A DNA stretch of 64,000 nucleotides from Octopus vulgaris (Eukaryota), in contig OX597814.1 of NCBI GenBank assembly GCA_951406725.2, forward strand, positions 10,044,001-10,108,000, written 5' to 3'. The notes beneath the pieces were generated by a model, which worked only from the letters and a program-made list of their open reading frames with translations, was not told the origin of the DNA and made no database searches. Positions 1 to 12,437 of the stretch are shown here, in pieces. Numbering within the stretch: the first letter of the stretch is position 1; each line of letters starts with the position of its first letter. The position numbers were made by a program, and so were the translations under genes.

Positions 1-75
1 GGTCGATTTGTTCGACTAAAGGGGGTGCTCCAGCATGGCCGTAGTCAATGACTGAAGCAAATTAAAGTGTTGAAG
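1..75 (+). mobile_element. 3' tail of SINE family B (truncated by window edge)
   Basis: ggtcgatttgttcgactaaagggggtgctccagcatggccgtagtcaatgactgaa matches the 3' end of the full copies at 34291-34708 and 61609-62088. Confidence 0.8.
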
Positions 76-754
76 AATAAAAAAATAAATATATAACATA
101 CACAATCTCACCCCACACATACAATATGTATGTGTGTGTGTGTGTCTGTGTGTGTGTGTGCAAAAGTAAGAGATGTGAGTTAGATAATATGGACAGGGGG
201 AAGGGGCTGGGAGGATGAAAGTAGGGTGGAGTTGTCAGTAAGAAACAATTGTTGTCTTTGGAGAAGACCTAAACGTTGAAAGAAAGCAGCACCTTCAGAT
301 TACACTAACAGAAACGGCCAGTAAACAGACGAGTAAGAATTAAACAAATATACATATAAGTAGCAAAACAATGTAAACATAAAACTTCATCATCATCATC
401 ATCAACAGTACCAACCGCAACAACAGGAAAAAATAACAATTTAATAATAATGATAACAATAAACGAAAATAAATGGCGCAAATAATGTAACAATCAAAAT
501 CATTTTAGAAGAATTAAAAGTGTGTAAACAGGAGGTTTCCCCTCCTCAGATAAAAAACTGTTTCGTGTGAACTGTGATAACAGACAAACTGTGCTGTTCT
601 TTAACTTCCAGTTCCAGGCGAGGCAGTTTCCAGGCCACGTCTGTCTGTGTGACTTCTGTTGTTTTTTTTTTATATCTGTAGTTGATATCTGACTTATGTC
701 TAGAAGAAAGTGGTAGTGGTGGTGGTGGTGGTGGTGGCGGTGGATGACGATGGA

Positions 755-1133
755 AGCACTCCGTCGGTTACGACGACGACGAGGGTTCCGGTTGATCCGA
801 ATCAACGGAACAACCTGCTCGTGAAATTAACGTGTAAGTGGCTGAGAACTCCACAGACACGTGCACCCTTAACGTAGTTCTCGGGGATATTCAGCGTGAC
901 ACAGAGAGTGACAAGGCCGACCCTTTGAAATACAGGTACAACAGAAACAGGAAGTAAGAGTGAGAGAAAGTTGTGGTGAAAGAGTACAGCAGGGATCACC
1001 ACCATCCCCTGCCGGAGCCTCGTGGAGCTTTAGGTGTTTTCGCTCAATAAACACTCACAACGTCCGGTCTGGGAATCGAAACCGCGATCCTATGACCGCG
1101 AGTCCGCTGCCCTAACCACTGGGCCATTGCACC
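755..1133 (-). mobile_element. tRNA-derived SINE family C (tRNA-Arg-like head)
   Basis: Minus strand begins GGTGCAATGGCCCAGTGGTTAGGGCAGCGGACTCGCGG...GGTTTCGATTCCC (Pol III A box TGGCCCAGTGG, B box GTTTCGATTCC); second copy at 42815-43158. Confidence 0.8.
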
Positions 1134-1135
1134 TT

Positions 1136-1545
1136 CTGGATGACGATAATGATAACGATAATGGTGGTGGTAGTGGTGGTGGTGGTGGTGGTGGTGGTAG
1201 GGGTGATGATGACGTCGACGACAACGATTAGGGTGGGTGTAGTAATGTTGATGATGAGGATGCTGATGTCAGCGGTGATGATGACAATAATTATGATGAT
1301 AAAAAAGGCGGATGAAGTCGAAAAACTATTAGCGTGATGGTAAATGGTGATGACGAAAATGGTCTTCATCACGATGACAATGATGATCATGATGACGATG
1401 ATGATGATGCTGATGCTGATGACGGACGATGACAACAAGATGATGATAATGAGGGTGACGACGACGATGATGACGATGATGACGATGATGACGATGTTGA
1501 TGAAGATGAGCATTACGGCAATAATTATTATTATAGTGATCAATA
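1136..1545. repeat. (GAT/GAC/GGT)n low-complexity trinucleotide tract
   Basis: Degenerate gatgat/gacgac/ggtggt runs. Confidence 0.9.
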
Positions 1546-1579
1546 ATTATAATTTCCAATTTTGGAATAGTGCTAATTA

Positions 1580-2072
1580 TTTTATCGACCCCGGATGAAA
1601 AGCATAATCGACCAGAGTAATTTGAACTCAGAACGTACAGACGGACGAAATACCTATTTCTATTTCTTTACTACCCACAAGGGGCTAAACACAGAGAGGA
1701 CAAACAAGGACAGACAAACGGATTAAGTCGATTACATCGACCCCAGTGCGTAACCGGTACTTAATTTATCCGAAAGGATGAAAGGCAAAGTCGACCTCGA
1801 CAGAATTTGAACTCAGAACGTAACGGCAGACGAAATACCTATTTCTTTCCTACCCACTAGGGGCTAAACACAGAGAGGACAAACAAGGACAGACAAAAGG
1901 ATTAAGTCGATTACATCGACCCCAGTGCGTAACTGGTATTTAATTTATCGACCCCGAAAGGATGAAAGGCAAAGTCGACCTCGGTGAAATTTGAACTCAG
2001 AACTTAACGGCAGACGAAATACCGCTTAGCATTTCGCCTGGCGTGCTAACGATTCTGCCAGCTCGCCGCCTT
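1580..2072 (-). mobile_element. Head-to-tail trimer of tRNA-derived SINE family A
   Basis: Single head (GGCGGCGAGCTGGCAGAATCGTTAGC) at ~2070; B box GAGTTCAAAT and core GCCTTTCATCCTTTCGGGGTCGATAAA repeated; junctions gacgaaatac|ctatttc at ~1653 and ~1838. Confidence 0.85.
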
Positions 2073-2087
2073 GATAATAATTTTTTC

Positions 2088-2282
2088 TGCTAAAAGTACA
2101 AGGCCTGAAATTTTGGGGGAGGGGACCAATCGATTACAGTCCACTGGTACTTAATTTATTGACCCCGAAATGATAAAAGGCAAAGTCGACCTCGACGGAA
2201 TTTGATCTTAGAACGTAAAGGTAGACGAAATGCCGCTAAGTATTGCGCCCAGCATGCTAGCGACTCTGCCACGTCGCCGGCT
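2088..2282 (-). mobile_element. SINE family A, alternative-tail variant (A2)
   Basis: Same head and core as family A but tail reads acaaggcctgaaattttgggggagggg on +. Confidence 0.75.
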
Positions 2283-2519
2283 TCGCACGTTTATAATTAT
2301 TTGGGGGGGAACAATACATGGCGAAGTTCATAAAGTTATAAATAAAACCATGCGAATATATGCATATATATGTGTATATTTTGTGTGTGTATTTTCTTTA
2401 TGTATGCATGCATATATGTATGAATCTGTGTATGTGTGTGTGTATGTGTGTGTTTGTGTGTGTGTGTATGTGCATGCGTACGTACGTGCGTCGGTGTGTG
2501 CGAGTATATTTGTGTGATA

Positions 2520-2745
2520 AGGCGGCGAGCTGACAGACACGTTAGCGCGCCGGGCGAAATGCGTAGCCGTGTTTCGTCTGTCGTTACGCTCTGAGTTCAA
2601 ATTCCGCCGAGGTCGACTTTGCCTTTCATCCTTTCGGGGTCGATAAATAAAGTACCAGTTTCGCACTGGGGTCGATGTAATTGACTTAATCTGTTTGTCT
2701 GTCCTTGTTTGTCCCCTCTATGTTTAGCCCCTTCTGCGCAATAAA
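2520..2745 (+). mobile_element. SINE family A, full length
   Basis: ggcggcgagctgacagacacgttagc...gagttcaaattccgccgaggtcgactttgcctttcatcctttcggggtcgataaa...tttagcccctt. Confidence 0.9.
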
Positions 2746-3009
2746 GATATATATATTTGTGTGATTGTGTGTGCGTATGTGTGTCTGTATGTGTATCCTA
2801 TCTGCCTTACTATCCGGTTTTCTCAAGTTGCAAAGATATTACCATTTAACTGTGCCTCGAAGAATAGGTGACGAGAAACACCTACTTAGCGCAACATGCC
2901 ATTTCTACCAATGCGCCCCGTACCCTGCTATCTAAACTGTTCTGTGCTGACAGAGGCATATATCGCTATCTACATACAAACTAATGTTAATACTAACGCT
3001 CTCTCACTC

Positions 3010-3083
<74 letters not shown>

Positions 3084-3172
3084 AACTTATACATTCCTAC
3101 GTGTGTGCGTATGCATCTGCTTGTGGGGTTAGATGTATACATTTGTGTGAATGCGGATGCATATACATATAC

Positions 3173-3212
<40 letters not shown>

Positions 3213-3225
3213 CTGTGTGCGCATT

Positions 3226-3275
<50 letters not shown>

Positions 3276-3543
3276 TAGCAAATAAGAAAATGGAGAAGAA
3301 CAATAGCTGGTTCATCAACTTCAGGACATTAAAAATGTTAACTTATTTATTAAACTGATAATTTTATATATATATATATACATGTAATTATCATTAAGAT
3401 TATAATGAAAGGTACCTCTTAGATGCGATTGATTATAATTTTAATAACAATTATTACCTATGAAGTTTTTATTCCTATGCTGGCCACCTGATGTGATCGG
3501 TATTTTAAATAACGATCTTATCTTTATTCATATAAATTTATAT

Positions 3544-3586
<43 letters not shown>

Positions 3587-3773
3587 ATATATATATATAT
3601 ATATACAATATATATACAATATATATATACAACTTATAAACAAGGGCAAAAGAAAAAAATTCTAATGCCAAATATGCCGAAAATAGACAAAACATCAATA
3701 ACCATATAATTCATCACTATAAGCACGTTCTCGAATTAAGCCGACAGAAACTTCGAAAAAAATTCCGTTATTG

Positions 3774-3832
3774 CCGTATCGGTCCCGATTTCAGAGTTAA
3801 TTCATAAGAATTTTCTCCTCGTCGGTGATAAA
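3774..3832 (-). ncRNA. Degenerate type-I hammerhead-like motif (Penelope-type)
   Basis: Minus strand: tatca CCGACGA ggag-aaaattc-ttat-gaatt-aa-ctct GAAA tcgg-ga-ccga TA cggca; stems II and III pair, stem I poor. Confidence 0.45.
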
Positions 3833-4382
3833 TACGGTAAGAAATAAATGAAATACTTACTTATACCCATGGAAGAAGCAAACACTAAGTCATGAGCACA
3901 ATTAAGTACCCCAAATATATCCAAAATATATATATACCCAAATATATCCAAATATTTTTATATATACCCCGAATATATCCAAATATATATATATATATAT
4001 ACCCCAAATATATCGAAATATACATATATATATATACACACATTCATACATAGATATGTAAGTATATGCATTCTCGCATACATACATATATATGTATACA
4101 CAAACGCGCGCGCACACATATAAGCACCAACATACGTAAGCAAATTCATTTTTGTTTTGTTTTGGGACGCGGACAATATGTATCGTATCATACAGACGAG
4201 AATGTAATATTTTCCAGCGTAGCATAGCCGTGAAGGCAGAAGAAAGCTTGGGTATTCTAACGTTAGACGACTGCGGACAGCTTTTTTCCGTTATTGAGGG
4301 TAAAATACCCAATATGTTTATATATATACATACACACACATACATATATATAAATATCTCTCTCTCTATATATATGTATATA

Positions 4383-4418
<36 letters not shown>

Positions 4419-4540
4419 TGTATGTATGTATGTATGTATGTGAAATGCAGACGAAACAAGGGAAGAGAAAGCGTTGCGATTGCCCTTTCCGTTGGCATTC
4501 GTCGCCTTTCGACTGTTTTATTATCATCTCTATTTCAAGA

Positions 4541-4552
4541 CGCCGCCATCTT
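4541..4552 (-). promoter_or_regulatory. YY1-type motif (AAGATGGCGGCG) in a CpG-rich unique patch
   Basis: cgccgccatctt matches the CCGCCATNTT consensus; 4450-4660 is non-repetitive and locally CpG-rich. Confidence 0.3.
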
Positions 4553-5076
4553 AAGTTCTCTTTTCAGTCCCACACAAAATAAAGAAACTTGGTTATCTCC
4601 TGACACTAGCAAACATTACAGTCTTCGTCGTTTTATCACCACTACAAGGGCGGCTTGCTAATCAGTTGATGTACAAAGCATCTAGGATGATGGAGCGATG
4701 GTTGCCTTAAATTGGGTGACGAGAGACAGAGGTGGCATTAATGTTCATGGTTGTTATATTATTATTTTATTACTTCTCATTTTGCTCCCAATTCAGGCTT
4801 GGTTTCCAACCTATTGTATTTGTGAGCGTCATCTTTATTCTAACTGCAAGGTATCCAGGATGTCAATATCCAACCTGTTCTTTTAAAGACGATAAAGTGT
4901 AATTTAAGTGAATTTTGACTGCAGTTTCTTGTAAGCTGAGTGACGATTTTATTGCGTGGCTGGCCTGAACGTAGTATGCATAACAGCGAAATCTCTTCAA
5001 ACGGTCAACCAAAGAATTTGCTTAAAAAAAATTTCCACGAACTTTTAACTTAACTGTGACTCTAAGTATTTATAGC

Positions 5077-5532
5077 AGAGATGAAAAACTTAAAGGTGAA
5101 GCAAGTCACGAATGGACCACAGTAAATGATAACGAATAAATGCAAACCTCTATTGTTGAGAAATCACGCAAACCATACGTTGCAGAAAAACTGAAAGTTG
5201 ATCACTCAACAGTTGTTGCGCAATATGGCTTCGGAAGGTAAATAAGCTCGACAAATGAGTGATGTAGGAAAAGAAACCCCAACACAAAGAAGTTGAAGAT
5301 ACGAAGTTTGCTCTGTGCATCTTTTGATTTGTTTTATTTGTGTCAGTCATTTGACTACGGCCATGCTGGAGCACCGCCTTTAGTTGTACAAATCGACCCC
5401 AGAACTTATTCTTTGTAAGCCTAGTACTTAGTCTATCGGTTTTCTTTTACCGAACCGTTAAGTTACAGGTACGTAAACACACCAACATCGGTTGTCAACC
5501 GATGGTGGGGGGGGACAAACACAGACACACAA

Positions 5533-5583
<51 letters not shown>

Positions 5584-6013
5584 CATATACGCAGGCTTCT
5601 TTCAGTTTCCGTCTACCAAATCCACTCACAAGGCTTGGGTCGGCCCGAGGCTTTGGTAGAAGACACTTGCCCAAGGTGCCACGCAGTGGGACTGAACCCG
5701 AACCATGTGGTTGGTAAGTGAGCTACTTACCACACAGCCACTCCTGCGCCTATGGCAAACACTTTTCATTTCATCATGTGGCGAAAAATAGATTCTCTAC
5801 CACAGCTGGAGTTGCTCAGACCAGTGGCTGGATTGAGGTGACATAAAAAAAAATAACGCCTTCCAAAATCGAATCGGCTTCAAGAGAAACGCTATGATAA
5901 TGGTCTGGTAGTTGACAAATAGAATCATCATCTACTACTATTTCTTGAATCGTAGAGAATCTATCACCGCAGAGAAGTATTACCAGGAAATCGATGAAAT
6001 GCTCCAAGAACTG
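5077..6013 (+). pseudogene. Decayed mariner (Hsmar1/SETMAR-like) transposase fragment split by a SINE
   Basis: Translated pieces VAEKLKVDHSTVV, GKVNKLDK*V, RYEVCS (5077-5325) and CGEK*ILYH...QWLD, FLNRRESITAEKYYQEIDEMLQEL (5755-6013) are collinear with the mariner motifs VAEELNVDHSTVV, KLDKWVP, TCDEKWILY and FLNPGETITSEKYAQEIDEM (recalled); contains stops and frameshifts. Confidence 0.85.
5325..5751 (-). mobile_element. SINE family B, full length, inserted in the mariner relic
   Basis: Minus strand AGGCGCAGGAGTGGCTGTGTGGTAAG...GGTTCAGTCCC...CCTTGGGCAAGTGTCTT, internal (TA)n(TG)n, tail GGTGCTCCAGCATGGCC. Confidence 0.9.
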
Positions 6014-6329
6014 TAATCTTTACTCGGAATTTTTTGTCGTTCTTTACGGTGAAGAAAACTCGGCTTCTACACATACTTACAAATATGTATAGATATGTCT
6101 GTATATATGTGTGCGTGTGTATTTGTGAGTATGTGTGTATGTGTGAAATGTGTGAATGTGTATGGATGTGGATGTGCCTGCATGTGGATGGGTGTGTATG
6201 TGTGTGTATGTGGACGTTCACGAATGAAAACAACGGACAAGGAATATGGACGTGAGGAAATGAAGACAAGTTGCAGAGAGCTGAGGCGTTGATTGTCTTA
6301 CCTAGATCGGTATTATTTACCGTTTAGAG

Positions 6330-6330
6330 T

Positions 6331-6373
<43 letters not shown>

Positions 6374-6605
6374 GGTGGTAGTAGTAGTAGTAGGTGTAGT
6401 AGTAGTAGTAGTTGTTGTAATAGTAGTAATTGTAGTAGTAGTGATGGTGGTGGTGATGGTGGTAGTGGTATTGGTGGTCGTGGTGTCTGCCTTGTTGGTA
6501 GTGGTGTTGGTGGTGTTGTTGTTGTTGGCGGTGGTGGTGGTGGTGGTAATTGATTGTAGTAGGAGTAAAGACGATGAAGAAGAAAGACGAGGAGATAAAG
6601 GGATA

Positions 6606-6653
<48 letters not shown>

Positions 6654-6770
6654 TAAAGCCTAAATGAAAGAAGTACGAAAGAGAAATACATATATACATA
6701 AACAAACAAATAAAGAAAGAAAGAAAGAAAGAAAGAAAGCAAGAAGGAAGGAAAGAAAGAAAGAAGGGAG
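6330..6770. repeat. (TAG)n/(GGT)n tract followed by (GAAA)n
   Basis: Direct reading of simple repeats. Confidence 0.9.
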
Positions 6771-6895
6771 AGGAAGAAAATGGCGAGAAGCTAAAAGAGA
6801 ACATCTGGACATTCTATTCACACAGAAAATAAAAGTGTACCTTAAACTATCCCTCCACCACCACCACCACCACCATTACCATCACCATCCCCCAT

Positions 6896-6926
<31 letters not shown>

Positions 6927-7419
6927 ACACACACACACACACACACGCACACACACACACACATACACACACACACACACACATCGTTGGCCTTAATTAA
7001 TGGTTTTACATATTTACATCCTTATGCACGCCTGGCCCCTTTTCCCTTTCTCCATCTTCATTTTGTTCCTTTTTTTTTCTTTCCGCCCCGTCTATATTGT
7101 TTCGTGCTCGAAACCTATACCTGCCCGTCCCCATCTGCCTGATATGATAGTTTGAAAGCCTGTACTTCTCTCTTTCTCTCTCTATCTGTGTCTTCTTTAT
7201 TTTGCCCCTTCTTTATTTGGCCCCTTCTTCTCCCTGCTGTCTATCTCTGTCTCTGTCTCTCTCTCTCTCTATTCTTTTCTCCTTGTATGCACATCAAGCC
7301 ATATGTTGGTCTTTTCTTTAAAGGATCTCATAACCCATCATGTTCTCCTACCCTTGGCGTGTTTCTTACATTCACACATATTGTTAGGACATTCTCTACC
7401 TCACTCTCTCCCTCTCTCA

Positions 7420-7477
<58 letters not shown>

Positions 7478-7530
7478 TTCATATATATGACCATAGCCCA
7501 GTGGCTGAAACTGCAAAATATCCGATATGC

Positions 7531-7561
<31 letters not shown>

Positions 7562-7587
7562 AACATGCATGTATATATGTATATGTG

Positions 7588-7643
<56 letters not shown>

Positions 7644-8609
7644 CGCTCACACTTACACACAGACATATACGCACACATGTATATGTATTTATTATATCTA
7701 TACACACTCACTTTGCGTCGGCACTAATAATTGATTGATATAAAAACTATCATTAAATAGGAGAGCAATAGCAAAAAAAAAAAAAAGAAAAGGGAGAAAA
7801 AACAGGAAAAAAAATGAAATTATAGAAAAATACAATAAGGTGGTAAAGGAAATACATAAACATGATATAAATCAATAAATAATTGACACCAATTATGTAT
7901 TTTTATCCACCACACCACCAACACCAAAAATAAGTGAGGCAATATAAGCCTCCACTGTCTCTCTCTCTCTCTCTTGCTCTCTCTTCTTAAAAATAAAGAA
8001 AACGTAAGAAGCCACTTAAGTGACCGCTCATTTATAATTTATTTAATAATTTACCAAACTATTTATATGTTAAATGAGGTTTGCAGTTAACACATCGATG
8101 TGTATAAATTTTCGACTTTGCCTTTCATCCTTTCGAGGGTGATAAAATAAGTACCAGCTGAGTAATGAGCTTAATCTACTTAACTAATCCCCCTCCTCTC
8201 AATTTTAGGCCTTGAGCCTATAGTAGGAAAGGATTAATTTCCCTATCATATACAATTCAGCGGTTTTTGGAACTAGACGATATGGCCTCCCTCAAGTCCG
8301 GACATGAATCCCATGGAGTCTTCTATCTGGTCCATCTTAGAGAGCAATGTCTCTGCTCGCTCCTTTGCATATGTGTCAGATGCGAAGAAATCCCTTCTAT
8401 CTTCGTGGGTCTATTTGAATGATGTGGTACGGCGCTCAGGCAATTCAGTAATCACTCGTTTGTAGGCTATGATCAAGGCGAAAGGTAGTGATTTTGAAAC
8501 GTAATGACTGCGATGGATCGACAATTTACACTAGAACGTGTGTGCCAAATTTCATTATCCCACCGTGAGTTTATTTCGAATAATTAAGAAATATCAATGA
8601 GTAAATCTT

Positions 8610-8835
8610 TCTTATTTCTTTATTGCTCACAAGGGGCTAAACACAGAGGGGACAAACAAGGACAGACAAAGGGATTAAATCGATTACATCGACCCCAGTG
8701 CGTAACTGGTACTTAATGTATCGACCCCGAAAGGGATGAAAGGCAAAGTCGACCCTGGCGGAATTTGAACTCCGAACGAACGGCAGACGAAATACTGCTA
8801 AACATTTCGTCCGGCATGCTAACGTTTCTGCTAGA
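8610..8835 (-). mobile_element. SINE family A
   Basis: aaggggctaaacacagag...gacccgaaagggatgaaaggcaaagtcgac...ggcatgctaacgtttctgc. Confidence 0.85.
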
Positions 8836-9339
8836 CACCCTGTATAGCTCAAGGTTCTAAAAGAGGTACAGACACCTGCTGAAGGTCCCACGCAGTGGGA
8901 CTGAACCCGGAACCATGCGGTTGAAAAGTAAACTTCTTACCATACAGCTACGCCTGCGACTATATACTTGGCTGCGTATGATATTTTTTATCGACCCAGG
9001 AAGGATAAAAACAAAATTCAACTTCAGCAGGATTTGAAAGTAGAACGAGGTGCAATAATTTCTAATGCCGGCACAAAACCCATAAAAATGTAGGAAATTG
9101 GTATAATCGATTTTTCACTGGTACTTCTTTTGCTAACCCCGGATGGAAATGGAACCAGTTGTGTACTAAATAAAACTAATAAATACTAAGCCAATATAGA
9201 CGCTTCTTCTTAATTCCTCGTTCTGCTAGAAATAGCAACTAGATATCCTTTGTATTCTTATCCCACTGTCTTCAAAAAATGTATAATTTTTGGTGTGCTT
9301 TTAATCATAGATCTACTGGATCAAAAATTTAGCTGGTGG

Positions 9340-9577
9340 TCGGCGAGCTGGCAGAAACGTTAGCACGCCGGGCGAAATACGTAGCCGTATTTCGTCTGCC
9401 GCTACGTTCTGAGTTCAAATTCCGCCGAGGTCGACTTTACCTTTCATTCTTTCGGGGTCGATAAATTAAGGACCAGTTACGCACTGGGGTCGATGTAATC
9501 TACTTGATCCGTTTGTCTGTCTTTGTTTGTCCTCTCTGTGTTTTTGGCCCCTTGTGAGTGGTAGTAAAGAAATAGGT
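9340..9577 (+). mobile_element. SINE family A, full length
   Basis: cggcgagctggcagaaacgttagc...ggtagtaaagaaatagg. Confidence 0.9.
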
Positions 9578-9859
9578 ACATCAACAATAACTAAAACAAA
9601 AACAAAACAATTAGCTTTTGTAGGCGTGGCTGTGTGGTTAAGAAACTATACTGTCTTGGGTTCCGTTCCACTGCATAGCAGCTTCGGTAGGTATCTGCTG
9701 CTGTACACCCGGGCCAACTCAAACCTTGAGAGCGGGAAGTATGATGGCAAACTTGGCAGTGTGATGATGGAAGTTCTACGGTGAAAATAAATCCCAAATC
9801 AAACTGTATTTCAATTCTGCGTGAGTATATGTGTGTGTATATAAAAGAGTGTCATGTGA

Positions 9860-9896
<37 letters not shown>

Positions 9897-10058
9897 GTGA
9901 GTGTGTGCAATGGAAGTGGGATGGTGAACATTCAACGCTGAAGAGAAAAATCAAACAGCGTTTCAACTCTGTGTGAGTATATTTGTGTGTGTGCGTGTGC
10001 GTGTGTGTGTACAAGGGAAGTATGTGAATGTTTGTATATGTGATTATTTTGTACCTTA

Positions 10059-10340
10059 TCTATTATATAAAATCCGTTCTGTCTGTGTGTGTGTGTGTGC
10101 CTTCTAGGATCTCGGGCATCCTCCATCCGATTGCGCTCAAATTTGATATGTAGATACCGACAGTATCAGGGCGTGTATAAGTCTTGAAAAAATTACAAAA
10201 ATCGATTCCAGGTGTGAATGCGATCGATAAAGCCGTGCGAACATGCAATTGTACGCGCAAGTACATCAGCTGTTGCGATCGATACTACACGTACGCGAGA
10301 AAAATGCACGTGCAGTTTCGCAAAAAAGCCGGCTGGCTTG
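10059..10340 (+). mobile_element. Non-autonomous Helitron-like 5' portion
   Basis: a|TCTATTATATAAAA start followed by (TG)n and ccgattgcgctcaaattt, resembling the 5' end of the complete Helitron at 44490-44881; 3' end not resolved. Confidence 0.5.
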
Positions 10341-10726
10341 AAATAATGCCACAAAATGCAGTATATTTAAGAGGCCAAAAAAGTAAGATGCAAAAGAAAT
10401 ATTTTTTTCAAACTTGCCATGAAGTAAGAAAAGACTATTTGGTTTCTCAAGATTTTTTTTTTGCTTTAACTTCGTTTAACAAAACCAAAAATGTTATTGA
10501 AATAAGGCATACTTAATTATCAGTTGAGCACTAGAGATTATGTCATCGATTTAACTACTCCTGGGTAGGAGTATAAAAGAATATAACTGCATCCCTATGC
10601 CAAGCCATGTTGAGACAGGGTAGGCTCATCAAAGCAGTTTGATCGCAAGCTCAAATTAACAGCCTACATATCAGACTTTGCTTGGTGGAGAGAACATACT
10701 GAGTATGTACATATATGCATATATGC

Positions 10727-10768
<42 letters not shown>

Positions 10769-10792
10769 ATATATACATATGTTCGTATATAT

Positions 10793-10842
<50 letters not shown>

Positions 10843-10844
10843 AC

Positions 10845-10976
<132 letters not shown>

Positions 10977-11070
10977 GGAAAGTTTACGAAAATAAACAAA
11001 AGACGAAGGCAGGTGGAGTACAAACAAACATATGTATTAGTATAGCGCTCAGGAATAGAAATAGAACAAG

Positions 11071-11108
11071 TCTTTTACGTTTCGAGCCTAGGCTCTTCGA
11101 CAGAAAGA
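11071..11108 (-). ncRNA. Minimal type-I hammerhead-like motif with variant core
   Basis: Minus strand: tcttt CTGTCGA a gagc-ctag-gctc GAAA cg TA aaaga; 5-bp stem I, 4-bp stem II, palindromic ACGT stem III, GUA triplet; lies just after (TA)n. Confidence 0.6.
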
Positions 11109-11247
11109 TACATAGAAAAAAAAAAAAAACAAGGAGAGAAAAAAATGCGTGTAGGAGCTAACGATCTATCATGGCGTCCATATATATATGTATAAATATA
11201 TACTACTAATAGTTGATAATTTTTTTTTCAGAAAAAAATTTTATCAA

Positions 11248-11298
<51 letters not shown>

Positions 11299-11315
11299 CA
11301 TATTAAAATACCTTT

Positions 11316-11359
<44 letters not shown>

Positions 11360-11915
11360 GGAATAAGGGACAAAGAGATAGAGAGAGAGAGTGATGGCTA
11401 GATAAATAGATCAATAGATAGATGTGTATGTATGCGTGTGTGTATGTGTATGCATGTATGTATGAATGCATAGTTAAGGGTACGAAGGGTACACAGAGGA
11501 AGAAAGTAAAAATGGATGAGGGCAGCATGAACGTCGTTAATGGGTGATCGATGACAACTGCAATAACTATTTCTGTACACATAATTATTTAGTATACATA
11601 TATGCAAAACTCAAAATATGCATATCACATGTATATTTATCGAGCGAATAAAATAAACTTATCCGTGTGCATGTGTATATATGTATAGGTATATGGTGTC
11701 TGCTAGAGGTGGTGGTGGTTGTTGTGGTGGTGGTGAAAGTGGTACAGTTTGTGCTGTAGTATTGGCACCGTTTGTAAGCGTGCTTGTGTGTAGACATGTG
11801 GTGCGTTGTATAGTGATGATATATATATATATATATACATATACACACACATAATACACATATGAATACACTTGCGCATACATACATACATAAATATTCA
11901 TATTATATACATATT

Positions 11916-11947
<32 letters not shown>

Positions 11948-12019
11948 CACACGTTAAATACCCATGCATATATACGTATATATGTATATGTTTATGTATA
12001 TGAATATGTTTATGTATAT

Positions 12020-12059
<40 letters not shown>

Positions 12060-12393
12060 TATCCATATACATATGTATATGGAGAGAGAGAGCGAGAGAG
12101 AGACAATAGATAGATAGATAGGCAGATAGATATGGATATATTTATATATCCATATCTGTATATACACACACATACATAGATATCTATCAAACACACACAC
12201 ACACACATACACACATGCACACATGTATATGAAAGTATAGAGGGATAGACAAATAAATGGATAGTTTGATGTATAGATTAATATAGATACATAGATGGTT
12301 AGATCGAGGGATATAGATATATATATGAATATATAAATATATATATAAATATATAAATATATATATATATGTTATATAAATATGAATATATAA

Positions 12394-12434
<41 letters not shown>

Positions 12435-12437
<3 letters not shown>

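Noticed and set aside
1060-1133. tRNA-Arg-like sequence
   Set aside because: Continues into a SINE body present twice in the window; a SINE head, not a tRNA gene
3487-3520. CTGATG followed by a hairpin as a hammerhead
   Set aside because: No GA after CUGAU and no GAAA/UH half
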